A stretch of DNA of 64,000 bases from NCBI RefSeq assembly GCF_963506605.1, contig NC_083294.1, positions 31,000,001 to 31,064,000 on the forward strand. The letters are read 5' to 3'. The notes below the pieces were generated by a model. It ran no database searches, had not been told where the DNA came from, and worked only from the letters and a program-made list of their open reading frames with translations. The position numbers were made by a program, and so were the translations under genes. Shown here in pieces: positions 31,113 to 43,681 of this stretch. The DNA comes from Zootoca vivipara (taxonomy: Eukaryota). Position 1 is the stretch's first letter; every line of letters begins with the position of its first letter.

Positions 31113-34100
31113 ATGGAGCTGGAAACCTCGATGGAGCAGTCCGTTCAGACGCGCATCTTCAAGATCATCGTCATTGGCGACTCCAACGTGGGCAAGACCT
31201 GCCTGACTGTGCGCTTCTGCGGGGGAGCCTTCCCGGCCAACACCGAAGCCACCATCGGCGTGGACTTCAGGGAGAAGGCGGTGGAGATCGAGGGAGAGCA
31301 CATCAAGGTACAGCAGGAAGAAAAGCAGGGAGGGAAGAGGGAAAGAGCGGGGGAGCCGGGCCTGGTGCACACAGCCTTTTCTGGGAACCGGGTCCTCCTT
31401 CCAGGTGGTTTCGTCTGTTGTTAGCGGGGTGGTTTTTTTTAGCAACCCTAATTGAGGATGCTGCTTCTGAAAGCTCCGCTCGTCTTCTATTGCTGCCATG
31501 TCTGAAAGGATGTAGGGCGCCCCATGGAGGTGAGGAGAGCCGGGGAGCAAAAAAATCGATGGACTCCCATAGAAGCAGGCTATAGAACCCTGTTTGGTCT
31601 TGGGAGAGTAACAGGAAACCAGTATAATACAGGCTTGGGTAGAGGATGAGCAACAGTAGGCAATCCACCCTGAACTGCAAGCTTCTTAAGGCACAGTGTG
31701 TAAGATGTATATATTTTGTCTAATCCGAATCCTGGTGCTGTTCTCACCACCACCATCTTAATATGCTCACACAAACCCTATTGGGTGGGAAATGATGAGG
31801 AAGGGAGAGACAGCAAAACGGGGACTGGCCCAGTAAACTAAGTAAGGATTTGAAGGGCCATGAATCTGAGGTAGAGCTTCTGCTTTGCATGCAGAAGGTC
31901 CCAGGTTCAATCCTTTATAAAGCTGGAAGAAAGAACCCGGCCTGCAACCGTGGATAGGCTCTGCTATTCAGTATAGACAGACCAATGGCTGACTCTGTGT
32001 TGCATATATATTCTCCCTAACTACTTACATCATTTTGGCTCTAGGTCCTTCTGAAGGTTGGGGGATTAATTTCACAGTGGCTATTTTCTAAAATTACAAG
32101 TGTTTAGGGCTCCACAGTGTCTGGAAGTCGTGTGGTGGAAGCATTCCCCATCCCTCACCCCCAGCTTGGCAACTCCTGATTGCTAAAGCTGGTTGTGATG
32201 CCCTATAGTGGCAAAAGAAAAAGGGGGCCAGGGCATAGTGCTCATTGCATTTACATCACTTACTCAACTACTTGATGACTTGCACCTGTGAACTGACACC
32301 CTCCTCCCCACTGGAAAATGCTATGCCTGATATGAAAGTTCTGGCTTCAGTGCTGGCATCTGTGATGGCCTCTTCCTACAGGCAGTTCACTACCATGTCC
32401 ATAATCAATTAGCGTGCATGAATGAACCAGCCTCCATAACTGTACTGTGCTCAGATGCCCTGTTCTTTATGGCTACTTCACATGTTTCACGAAGCAAACA
32501 CCTCCTTCCCAGTAGAATTGACAAGGTGTGGGGGAGATACACTGGTAGAAAGGGGGGGGGGTATGAGCAGGGCCAAGATTTCAGTGCATTCTCATGGTCA
32601 CATCACAGCCCAGAAACTGTACTCAACCCTGGTGCTTCTGTTATGCAGACTTCTGTTGAGGTTTCTGTGTGATTGCACAAGGACTGGCTATACTGTGGGA
32701 TTCTGAAGCTGTTATTAACTCTGGATGTTTTCGTTTTGGATTACTTTTGCACACCAGGAATTAAGGACTGGATATATGTGTGCTGGTTCAGTACTCTCTG
32801 CTACATCCTTGCAATGTTAGGCCAGTCGAGAGCACACATATTTACAGTGGGGGATGGGAGAAGAAAGATATAAAATCCAGAATATTTAGATATCATAAAA
32901 TTGGCATCTGCAGAAGTGTTCAGATTGCTCAGTTACAGTAAATTCCAGGGCAAAGTATACATTACATACTAATGCCATACTCAGTTTAAGAAGTATATTG
33001 ACAAGCTGGAATGTATGCAGAGGGCAACCAAGAGGATTAAGGGTTTGGAAACCAAGCCTTATAAGGAATGGTTGTAGGAGTTTGGTATGTTTAGCCCGGA
33101 AAAGAGGAAACTGAGAGGAGATATGATAGCCATTTTCAAATAATCTTAAGGGCTGTCACATGGAGGATGCAGCAAGCTTGTTTGCTCCTGCTCCAGAGGC
33201 CAGGACCAGAACCAATGGCTCCAAGTTATAAGAAAGTAGATTCTGACTAAACTTCAGGAAGAACTTTCTGACAGTAAGAGCTGTTTTGACAGTGGAATGG
33301 ACTCCCTCAGGAGGTTGTGGATTCTCCTTCCTCGGAGCTTTTAAAGCAGAGGTTGGATTGCTATCTGCCATCTATGATTTAGTTGAGATCCCTATATTGC
33401 AGAGGGTTAGACTAGATGACTCTCAGGTTCCCTTCCAACTCTACAATTATATGCTTCTATGAGTCATAGACCTTTAAAGAACAAAAACTCTTATAGGAGA
33501 TTGCCTCTATACTAACCTTTCTCAACTTGGTGCTCTGTTGGTGGTTTGGATTACAATTAACATCATCCCTTACCACTGGTCATGCTGGCTGGCACTGATG
33601 AGAGTTATAGTCCAAAATTCTGGAGGGCACTAGGCTGGGAAAGGCTGGTCTACATGGACAACCAGCAGGGTTTTGGCATGGATCTTTCCCAACCCTACCT
33701 GAAGATGCCAGGGCTTGGACTTGGACCCTTTGCATAGAAAACATATGCTCCATAACTGAGCTACAGCCCCTTCCAAAAGAGCAGGTGCTCTTGGGATTCA
33801 ACCCCACACTGCAAACTCTACAGAGCAATTTCATAAGCATTCAGCCACAGCATTTGACCTGTCCACCACTCTCATGTCCGCCTTTCTCCTTTTTCTCTCC
33901 ACAGTTCCCAAGTGCAGTTCAGGACGGTAGGGAATTCTGTTCAGGAGAGGGAGTTTAGTGTAGTGACAGTTATTTTTACCTAAGGTTAACAAGCTCCTGC
34001 AGTCAACATTATTCCCTGTCCTGCTCAACTGTCAAAGGTAAAAGAGCTCTGCCTCCTTCCTTTGCATCTGATAGCTCATTCTCTTCATTTCTCCTTTTTA

Positions 34101-36933
34101 AAGAAAACTGCAGATACCCCAGTGGTCAGGGTGCCATGCAGTTGTGGTTCTGACCCAGAGTGCCCAAATAGATGTAATGTTTAAAAACATATTTCTTTCT
34201 TTTTATTGGTTTAGAAAAGGGAGGTTGACCCTTTCCTCACTGCAATTTATTAACTGCAAACCTTCCCCCCACAGCAGCTTTTTCCTACCACACAGGGTTG
34301 TAAACACACATGTTACCCTCTGTATGGCAAGCTTGCATCCTCCCCCAACCACATGAATATGTTCTCTAAAAATAACCCCATATAATGTGAGTGTGGGGGT
34401 ACACGCAGTCAAAATGACCGTTGCTCTCATTCCCCATAGCTGAGGGATGGTTTGGCTTAATGTTAAGTCTGAACTCTGAGGCTCCATACAAACCATGAAC
34501 TGTAGCCAAGGTTTGCTTTTGGATTACTGTTCATGCCTTATCTGCAGGAAGCAAACCGTAATGCAAAGCCAGAGCATGCCTTAGTTGCAGGTACTAGCAT
34601 GGGAGCAGGATGACCCTGGGAGGAAGTGAAGCAGCCATTATTATTTTTTACTGTGAGAACCCACACACTAGTGCAGTGTTTCTCAACCAGTGTGCCTCCA
34701 GATGTTTTGGGACTACAACTCCCATCATTCCTGACCACTGGTCTTGCTAGCTAGGGATGATGGGAGTTGTAGTCCCAAAACATCTGGGGGCACACTGGTT
34801 GAGAAACACTGCACTAGTGCATTCATGCTTAGCTGTGGTTTCGGCTTAGTGCTGCGGGCAAACTGCACCAGGCTGTGGAAAAAGTCACTTCAAATATAAA
34901 GCCATCACAGCAGACCAAGATCTGCATGCAAACCTTTCTCCTGGTTTATTATTATTATTAAAAAATAATAAAGAAAGCTCAGCAACTTTGGTTGGCCCTC
35001 ATGCATGTTCACTTCATCAAATCTGGCCCTCTTTGAAAAAAGTTTGGGCACCCTGTCTTAAGCAGTGCAGCGTATTCCTATTGCCTCATGAATGCAGACC
35101 CAGTTTCCTTGAAGCTCCTCTGCCTCCAGGCCCTCAGAAAACCTTCTGAGGACAAAGATTGGCCATTTGGCCTTGTTTGGCTTCAAGACCAGATTACAAA
35201 GGCTAACATTGGGAAGAGATTGCTGGTTGTGGGAAAAGATTAGGTGAAGGGAGGTCAATTCATGTTTACTCAACTAAGAAAGGTGTGGGCTAGGAAGTAG
35301 GCCCATGTCTTCTTGTTAATCTCTCCTTGTCTCAGCTGGGGAGAAGGCTGACCCTACCTATGAAATGGTCATATTAGGGAATAATAACTCTATAATTGTA
35401 GAAAAAACTTTAAATGACTTTGATTTTATTGACTTCATAATCTTTTAGGCTGCTGTATTTGATTTTTATTGAATATACCCCTTCATCATATTTTTCTTGA
35501 GAAGCAGTTTATAAATCTGCATATATTTTAAACTAGGTCACAACTAATACACACTTTTACCACTTTAAAAGTTAGAGCTTCTCCCAAAAAATCCTGAGAA
35601 CAGTAGTTTACAGAGCTACAATTTCCAGCACTGCAGGCAAACTACAGTTCCCAGCATTCACTAGGGGAAAGACATGTGGTTTAAATGGTGTGGATATGAC
35701 CTTAGATAATGTCGTGGCCTAAGCGTGTCAGAGTAGGGTCCAGCTTCAAATCATGAATCAGCCACAAAGTTCAGAAGATGAATTGGGGGAAATCTCAGCC
35801 GTACCAGGGGGGGTTATGAGAATAAAATAAAAAAAGGATGAAGAACCATGTGGGACACTCTGGGCTTCCTGAAGGAAAAGCTGGATATAAATGGAGGCTG
35901 AACATTTTTCTGTCAGCTGTTAAAAGATTCTAGCATTTCCTCCAGAGCTCATTTGCCCTGGTTCCTGTCTTGGATGCGGACACGCACGCGCACACATACA
36001 CAGTGGCTGGGTCTGTGAGCTTCCTTGTTAGTTTTCCCACAGTGCCTCTGGCATTGCTTGGCTCCATGCCGTTATTAGAAATAAAAAACCGACAGTACAG
36101 CATAGGCATTGTGGGGATTTGTTTCAGTGGCAACTTATGGCTGCCTGCTGCCTCAGATGGGTGAGCCCAGAGCCTGCCAAAAGCACTTTACTGAGGACCT
36201 TCATATGAGCATAGATAGCTGCCCAATACCCCGTCAGACCATTGGTCCTTCCAGTTCAATATTATCAACAAAGACTGGGAGCAACTCTTGAGGATTTAGG
36301 CAGGGGACATTCCAAGCTCCACCTGTAATTGAACCAGGGATTGTCTACAGGCAAAGCAGGTCTCATGCCTTGAGCTATGGATCTTCTTCCGTGTCGACTC
36401 TTAATGCTGGAGCTGATCCTGCATGAATGTACTCTCTACCTGGCTTGTAGACTCTTCAGAAATTCTGCTCTGTTCCACAGGTGCAGGTCTGGGACACAGC
36501 AGGCCAGGAAAGGTTCCGGAAGAGCATGGTGGAGCACTACTACCGCAATGTACATGCTGTTGTCTTCGTCTATGATGTCACCAAGATGGCTTCCTTCATC
36601 AATCTTAAGACCTGGATTGAGGAGTGCAATGGCCATGCAGTCCCTGCCCTTGTCCCTAAAGTGCTTGTGGGAAACAAGTGTGACTTGCGGGACCAGATCC
36701 AAGTGCCGTCCAGCATGGCCCTGAAGTTTGCTGATGCACATAATATGCTTTTGTTTGAAACCTCAGCCAAGGACCCCAAAGAAAGTCAGAATGTGGAATC
36801 TATTTTCATGTGTCTGGCTTGCCGGCTGAAGGCCCAGAAGTCTCTACTTTATCGGGATATGGAGAGGCAGCAGGGGAAGGCACCGAGAATGACGCTTATG
36901 CCAGATGGGAGCAGCAAAAACTGTCTCTGCTGA
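31113..36933 (+). CDS. RAB33A: Ras-related protein Rab-33A (215 aa, 2 exons)
   Basis: Exons 31113-31307 and 36481-36933; [27 protein letters not shown]-terminal CLC prenylation motif; [14 protein letters not shown] and [15 protein letters not shown] are A-paralog-like; synteny with AIFM1. Confidence 0.96.
32975..33461 (+). mobile_element. CR1 LINE 3' fragment
   Basis: Degenerate RT C-terminal coding remnant followed by a CR1-type 3' end ccttccaactctacaatt...ctatga. Confidence 0.8.
34674..34811. mobile_element. hAT MITE (138 bp, palindromic)
   Basis: TIR cagtgtttctcaacc, perfect 8-bp TSD cactagtg. Related, more decayed copies at ~7014-7150, 13365-13493, 20285-20410, 33515-33650, 39120-39255, 39443-39585, 59575-59706. 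Confidence 0.9.
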
Positions 36934-37067
36934 ACTGCTGAGGTTGCAATTCCTGACCATTTAATGGGTATGTGTGTGAGTGTATGTGAGAAGGGCAGAT
37001 GGTTTTGACCCTCGATGAACTGAATCAAGACCTGCTTGTCTCAATCTAAGTTAAATGTTAAGTTAAT

Positions 37068-37073
37068 AATAAA
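37068..37073 (+). terminator. Candidate poly(A) signal of RAB33A
   Basis: AATAAA ~135 nt after the stop, with GU-rich sequence downstream. Confidence 0.5.
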
Positions 37074-37955
37074 ATTTGTATGGCATTCAACTGGTTTGGT
37101 TGTAGCTTTGTTTATGCTTGTTTGTGATCTGAACAAGCCCTTGTGATAAACACCTTTGCTGATGATGGGTGCTGGGTAGCGTGACTGATTTTATTGCTGG
37201 GTTAATAGAAAAAACAACAACTCTGTTATTAACTCAGGAGAAGTATAGACTTAGCTGTTTCTGGTAGTATTTATGATTACACTGCCAAGCAAGGTGGTGT
37301 ACTTCTGCAAAGGCTGCACAATATTAACTCATTTCCCATGCATAGGTTCAAAGGATGAGAAGACACTTTGGTTACAAAACTGAATGTTTATTTAGTTACA
37401 CACTCTGTGAGAGTGTAAAGCATGATGGTGATGCTAAGGGAGACCCTAAACTTGGTTCAAGACACGAACTCTTTACAGAGAATTTAAAACAGCACTCTTT
37501 CAATCTTAAGATTCGGATAGACTTTTCCCACCTAGAATGGCTATTAATGTTCCTAACCAGCAACACCCACCCATTCCCTTCTGGAATTTAAGATCTCTTC
37601 AGGGAATCAAAACAGGGTTGCCCTGCCAAGGTAACCCCACTCAGATAGCCCAAACCCCAACTGCCCACACTGACAGTTTCTCCCTATCTCCAATGTCCAT
37701 GTCTAAGATGCAGACCAGAGCATTCCAAACCGTGTATCACAACACATTAGCGTGTTGGCTGCAGTGTGTAGGTGTGTCGTGCAAATGCTCGTAAAGGGGT
37801 TAGTTAAACCTCTGGTTTGCTATTAAAACTGAACTACTGTCTTGCAAAATGATGCATGTCTAAAAAGCGTGCCACCACCAACATTAAAAGTTTGGAAAGC
37901 CCCGCCACATATAATCCCGCTCTACATTCTTGAGTACCTATCTGACAGTTAAAAC

Positions 37956-38091
37956 CAGGCATCCCCAAACTTTGGCCCTCCAGATGTTTTGGACTACAAT
38001 CCCCATCATCCCTGACCACTGGTCCTGTTAGCTAGGGATCATGGGAGTTGTAGGCCAAAACATTGGGAAGGCTGAAGTTTGGGGGTGCATG
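37956..38091. mobile_element. hAT MITE
   Basis: caggcatccccaaact ... agtttgggggtgcatg with 8-bp TSD gttaaaac. Confidence 0.85.
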
Positions 38092-39619
38092 GTTAAAACT
38101 GTAAGCCTACACTTAAAACTTCCCCTCTCTTTCTCCTGACTGGCTGTTGGTTTCACCAGCTGTCACTGGTTTCTGAGTCACACCAGGAGGCAGGCCCAGG
38201 GCTTGACTGTCACAGCCTTGTCTATGAATGGTGGCTGTAAATGTTTTGGTCTCCTCTCTTCCTGACTGGATTAACCAGGATGCTCAGTACTGTACTGAAA
38301 AGAGCACTGCTCACTGACTTGAGTTGGAGCTGATCTCTGAGCTGATCAGTGTGAAAATTTCACCCATCAAAGATTGGCTGAAAGGTTGAAACCTAGTGCT
38401 CATTGATGTGTCACTTCCAATATTGCCAGTTTGCTTTAAAAGGCCTGGTTCCTAAACTATACAGTATTACCTCCTTCCTGATTTTCCACCCCACTGCCTC
38501 CAGCTGTCAATTAGCATTCAGTGGCATCTGATCATGCTCAGAGTCCTCAATGGTTTTCCCCTTTAGGGGTTTTTTCCCCACAAAGATAAAATGTTTTGTA
38601 CTTTGTAAATCTTGGAGTTAACCTGATCCCGCTGATGCCTCCCTATCACACATGGGAAGTACCTTATTTTGGTTACATACGCAATGGCACTCACCACCTG
38701 AACATTAAAAATAGAGGGGATTGTGATACTTTCATCATAGAGATGGGGAATCCTGTTTTAATTTCTCTGCTCAGGCATAAAACTAGCCTGGGTCATCCCT
38801 GAGGAGTGTATTATTAATGTGGTTCTTCTCAGACCTGTCCGGCTCTCTGTGGGAGGAGAAACACCAGCTTGGGAAGGAACCACATAATTGATAGGGTCTG
38901 CATGGATCTTGTGAAACATTTTACTGGTGCATCAGCTTTTGTAGATTAGAGCAGAGATGGGGAACAAGCCACTCTCTATATGGGGATGGTGTATATTGGT
39001 AGAACATTTGCTTTGCATGCAGAAGATCTCAGGTTTAATGTCGACATCTCCAGGTTGAACTGGGAATGCCCCTGTCTGACACCTGGAGAGGTGCTGCAAG
39101 CCAGTGCAGCTACTGTAGACTAGGTGTAGGGAGCCTTTGGCCAGATGTTACTGAACTACATTAACCATTAGTCTCAGCAAGCACGGTCATTAGTTAGGGA
39201 ATGATGGGAATTGTAGTTCAGCAACACCTGGAAGGGCAAAGGTTCCCCATACCTGCTGTAGACAACATTGAGCTAGCTGGACCAGTGGTCTGTCTCAGTA
39301 TAAGGCAGCTTCTTGTGTTGCAATTGTGTTCGACTCTCAATTCCCATCAGTACCTGCCAGCATAGCCAATGGTCAGGGATGATAGGGTGTCAGGCAGAGC
39401 TTTCTGGGAAGGCTGTACCATAACCAGGATGCCACTCCCTGGTGCAGCCTTTCCCAACCTTGGGTCCGCAGATGTTGTTGGACCACAGTTCCCAACATTT
39501 CCGCCCACTGAGCCATGCTTTACTCCAGCAATATACGGAGCTTTAGTCCAGCAATATACAGAGACCCAAAGTTGGGAAAGGTTACACTAGTAGTAGTTTC
39601 CCGCTTACTTCATTTGATG

Positions 39620-39850
39620 GGGTCACTCAGAACAGGACCTCTGAAGGAGATCATAATGTTTAGGTAGGTACATATGAGGGAAGGCAGATATTCAGGTAAC
39701 CTGGTCCCAATACTCTTGAGCTTTAAATATTAAAATGTTTTAAATTGGGCTTGGAGATTAACTGGGAGCCAGTGAGGCTGACAAAGCACAGGTATTGTAT
39801 GGTCAAATATCTGCAGTTCTGGACCAAATGGGCCCCACCAAGCTCTGTCT
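39620..39850 (-). mobile_element. L2-clade LINE remnant
   Basis: Minus translation HTIPVLCQPHWLPVNLQAQFK matches the L2 ORF2 HITPxLxxLHWLP..FK motif. Confidence 0.55.
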
Positions 39851-41434
39851 GCCCTCAGCAAGCTCCAACCTGCCTGCCTTCCTATTTTAAACCAGTCAGA
39901 AGTGTGGTCAACTTTCTCCTCCACAGTCTAAATGTTGGCAGGAAGGAGGATGGGGCAAAACAATAATTGGTTGGCTCTGCCTATTATTGGCTCTGTATCT
40001 GCTATTCATTTTGCCTCGGTCTCTTGCTAGCCTTCCATCCTACCAGTCCAAATGGACACCAACCTTCCCTGTTGGTAACCATATGGACCTGCCCTGATAC
40101 AATCACTGGAAGGGTGTGGTAGAGATTGTCCTGGGGAAAGGCATATCAGGAGCATCTGATATGCCCAGCAGCTTTGGTTCCTGATGCCACACTGCAAGAG
40201 GCCAGAATCCAAATAAGCCCAGTGAGGTAGTTGTTTCTGAGGGAGAGGTAAATGTTTAGAAATAGAACACTTATCAGGCACTGGTGATGTCATTGCCTGC
40301 TGAAAAGTACCGGTAATAGCTGGCTCTTTGTGAGGCTGGCTGCTGTTGCTCACATCTCATTGCTTCCTTCCTACTCACACCAGTTAGAAATGCCAAAGGA
40401 ACTCTTTAGGCAAGCAGGACAGTGTTGTTTCTTTTACAAACATTTGTACAGTGCTTAGATTGTTAATAAGATGCCGAACTATAAAAACACAGTTTGTTGG
40501 TGTCATAAATTGCAGGACAAGGTCTTCAATGCTCCCATTCCAATCTGGTTAAAGTAGTAGTCTTCAACTTTTTCAGACCCAGAACCCACCCAACATGCCT
40601 TTGAGGACCCACTTCTTACTCTGATTACTATAGTATACCATAATTGGAGTGGGGGCTAGTGCTGCTGTCATTACTCACACCACCTTAGATCAGGCTATGA
40701 CCCAGTAGTTGAGTTGAAGCCCAGTGAATTAAATGATACTTACACTAACTCACAAAAGCTACTAGTCTACAATTACTAGCTGGATGCAACATGTAGCTTG
40801 GTCCTCCAAGTGTCCATATTTTCCAGGGACAGTCCCAGGTTAACAGAAGTCATCCCAGTTTCTGATTTTATTCTGGAATGTCCCACTTTTCTGTAGGAAG
40901 TCTCTATTTTCATCGAAGAAATGTTGGAGCATATGATATAGAATGTTCCTATTTTCATCAGAGAAATGCTGAAGGGAATGGAGTTATGTGACCCCAAGCC
41001 AAGCAAATAAGTAACTATTGATATAGAAAATAGGGGTGGTTGGCTTTTCCTGCCCAACTCCGCAAGGGACTGAGTCCCCTAAGTGACCTCCACAGTCACT
41101 TACAAACACACTATTAGTCAGTGTTCATGGAAGACAATCTTATTCACCAAAGAAGAAGATCAGTCAGAGGTGAATGGATGGAGGCAGGATACAGTGAAAG
41201 CAAGGCAGATCTGTTTTTCTGTTGCAACAGAGTTCCCTCCCCTCCTTGCAAGGAGGTAATAGAGACCCAGGACAAAGTGTGCAGGAACCTTTAAAGGCTG
41301 TTGAAATTGCCAAGCCCTTAACCTAAGACCACCCTAAAATCAGCATAGATACATCATAGGAGGTGGTCTACAACAGAATCTTGTCAGCCAAGATACCTGA
41401 TAATGTTTTGATTGCATTTCCTGGGCAGTCAGGC

Positions 41435-41679
41435 CAGGGGCGAAGGAAGGCGGTGTGACACCCGGGGCGGGTGTCGCTATGTAGGGTGTCACACATGTGC
41501 AGTACATAGTGGTTTGCCACCAGCGCCGGAATCATCTGCTCATGGCTGCAGCTGCACATGTGGCTGGGGCATGATGGCTGCTCGTTCAGCCGTGAGCCCC
41601 TGTGGGGTGACTTCTTGTCACCCCCTCAGACATGGAACCTGGGGCGAACCACCCCCCATCCCCCGTTGCGACACCACTG
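41435..41679. mobile_element. GC-rich hAT-type MITE
   Basis: Ends cagggg...caccactg with perfect 8-bp TSD agtcaggc. Confidence 0.75.
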
Positions 41680-41718
41680 AGTCAGGCTATTCCTTTGATA
41701 TGGTAAATACTTTAGTTC

Positions 41719-42019
41719 GATCTTCAGCCATCTCACTCCTTGCTTTTTCATGCAAGACCATTTACAGTCGTCAACAGCTATCAGTCAGTCAATCACCCAT
41801 TTCCACCACCCTTCTGAGTGATACCCCTCCCCACCCTTTCTCTCTATATAAGCGTCTGGGGACTTCTGTTTCAGTGTATCTGAAGAAGTGTGCATGCACA
41901 CGAAAGCTCATACCAAAAAACAAAACAAAGTCAGTTGGTCCTTAAGGTGCTGCTGGGAGGAATTTTTTTATTTTGTTTCGACTTCGTCAGACCAACACAG
42001 CTACCTACCTGTAACTAGA
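41719..42019 (+). mobile_element. Penelope-like element pLTR fragment
   Basis: Hammerhead motif followed by ttggtccttaaggtgc and cagaccaacac.gctac, typical of vertebrate PLE ends; flanked by 10-bp direct repeat actttagttc (41709-41718, 42020-42029). Confidence 0.8.
41876..41913 (+). ncRNA. Minimal type-I hammerhead ribozyme (PLE-associated)
   Basis: gtat-CTGAAGA-a-gtgtgc-at-gcacac-GAAA-gc-TC-atac: stem I gtat/atac, palindromic stem II, core CUGANGA/GAAA/UC; predicted cleavage after 41909. Confidence 0.75.
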
Positions 42020-42138
42020 ACTTTAGTTCCTGAATCTCTTACAAACTCACACCTATTAACAGTTTGCTCATCCTAACAGAAACTTCCCAGACTGAATTTG
42101 CAGGAAGGGGGTAAGCCCCCTAGATTCCAGGCAGTTTT

Positions 42139-42140
<2 letters not shown>

Positions 42141-42183
<43 letters not shown>

Positions 42184-42290
42184 TTATTTATACCCCGCCC
42201 ATCTGGCTGGGTTTCCCCAGCCACTCTGGGCGGCTTCCAACCGAATATTAAAAACAGTACAGCATCAAACATTAAAAACTTCCCTAAACA
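42141..42290 (-). mobile_element. LINE (L2-like) 3' end with (AAT)n tail; an inverted related copy lies at ~42520-42680
   Basis: ttggaagccgcccagagtggctgggg...cccag.cagat.ggcggggtataaataa motif occurs in both orientations; about (AAT)14. Confidence 0.65.
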
Positions 42291-43399
42291 ACATTCCAAG
42301 TGAAAATACAACTGGAAAGCTTTCCCCATTTCTTCCTATTGCAGAGGAATATTTGAGGTCACTTTGAGAGAGTCAAAATGGCTTCAGGATTGCTCTCCTC
42401 CTGTACTATTTCAAACATGTGGTTTTTATACTTACCGGTAGGTATGTGTGTTTACCTTGTGCATTTATGAACACTTATTCTATATTTGATATTTTAGAAT
42501 TCTGATAAAGCTATACAACCTTTAGAAGACATCTGAAGGCAGCATTGTATAGGAATTTTTTTTAATGTTTAATGTATTATTGTGTTGATGTTATATATGT
42601 TGGAAGCCACCCAGAGTAGCTGGGGCAACCCAGTCAGAAGGTGGGGTATAAATAATAAAATTATTCTTATTATTCTTAATATGGAATAGGTCATAGGACA
42701 TCCCTATTTTCATGGGAGAAATGTTGGAGGGTATGCATGTCCTGTTGAATTGCCTGGAAACTATTATTACTGTTACTATTATTACTAATTTCTTACCCAC
42801 CCACCTTACCTACATACGGTCCTATGACAGGTTATAGGAAATTAACAATACAGTACTGTATTAAGAACAGTTTCCAACTGGACGAATATGTGTCCATTTT
42901 TTGATTGTTTTTAAACTCTTTTGTTTTGTTTGTGCTGTCTTGTAACTGTTTCTGCTTGTTTCTTTTATACTTTGTGCATTGCCTTGGACGGTATGTGGAA
43001 GGCAATTAATAACGTAACCTACTCTGACTCTCCAGTTTCTCCATGCAAAGCAGACGCTCTTTCCTAGGGCCTTTCCCTGAGGGGCTGCCTCACTTACTAG
43101 GAAATAATGCGCCTTGTACAATTTACACATGAGGAGCACAGCCACCAGTGTCACACATTTTTAAACACCTTGGTTTGAACACGTGAGAATTGAAACCTTC
43201 TGCATCTTAAAAAAAGGTTTATGAAATTTAAAAGCATTAAAACATGTTTATTGCATTGACATTTAGTTTGGATATATGCATATTATTTATTAATCAGAAT
43301 TGGAATCGAAGCCCCGCGCTCCAGAGTAGTCCGGTCCCCCATTGGAACCTCCCATTACGAAGGACAGAAGAATTTACACCACAGGGATGTGAAGGGCTA

Positions 43400-43681
43400 G
43401 AGCGACACCACTTGGCCAATGGGCGGGTTTTCAAATTTCAGAACGGCTCTGTCAAGAATGCGTTCTACACTGTTTCTGTCTCTATCGTTCCATTGCATTA
43501 TAAAGTCCCTAGAAGGCGGGTTGGGACAGCATGGCCGAGAGAGACGGAGCATCGGGATTGGTCATCTCGGCAGGAGGCGCCACCTATCAGGGACAGGAGG
43601 AGGCGGGACCACGCGTGCGCGGCCGCTCGGGCTTGTGCAAGGCTTTTTTGGGGTTGCACGCAAGAGACGAAGAGAACCCCC
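43400..43681 (+). promoter_or_regulatory. RBMX2 promoter (CpG-rich)
   Basis: CCAAT and GGCGGG motifs and a CpG cluster directly upstream of ATG 43682. Confidence 0.65.
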
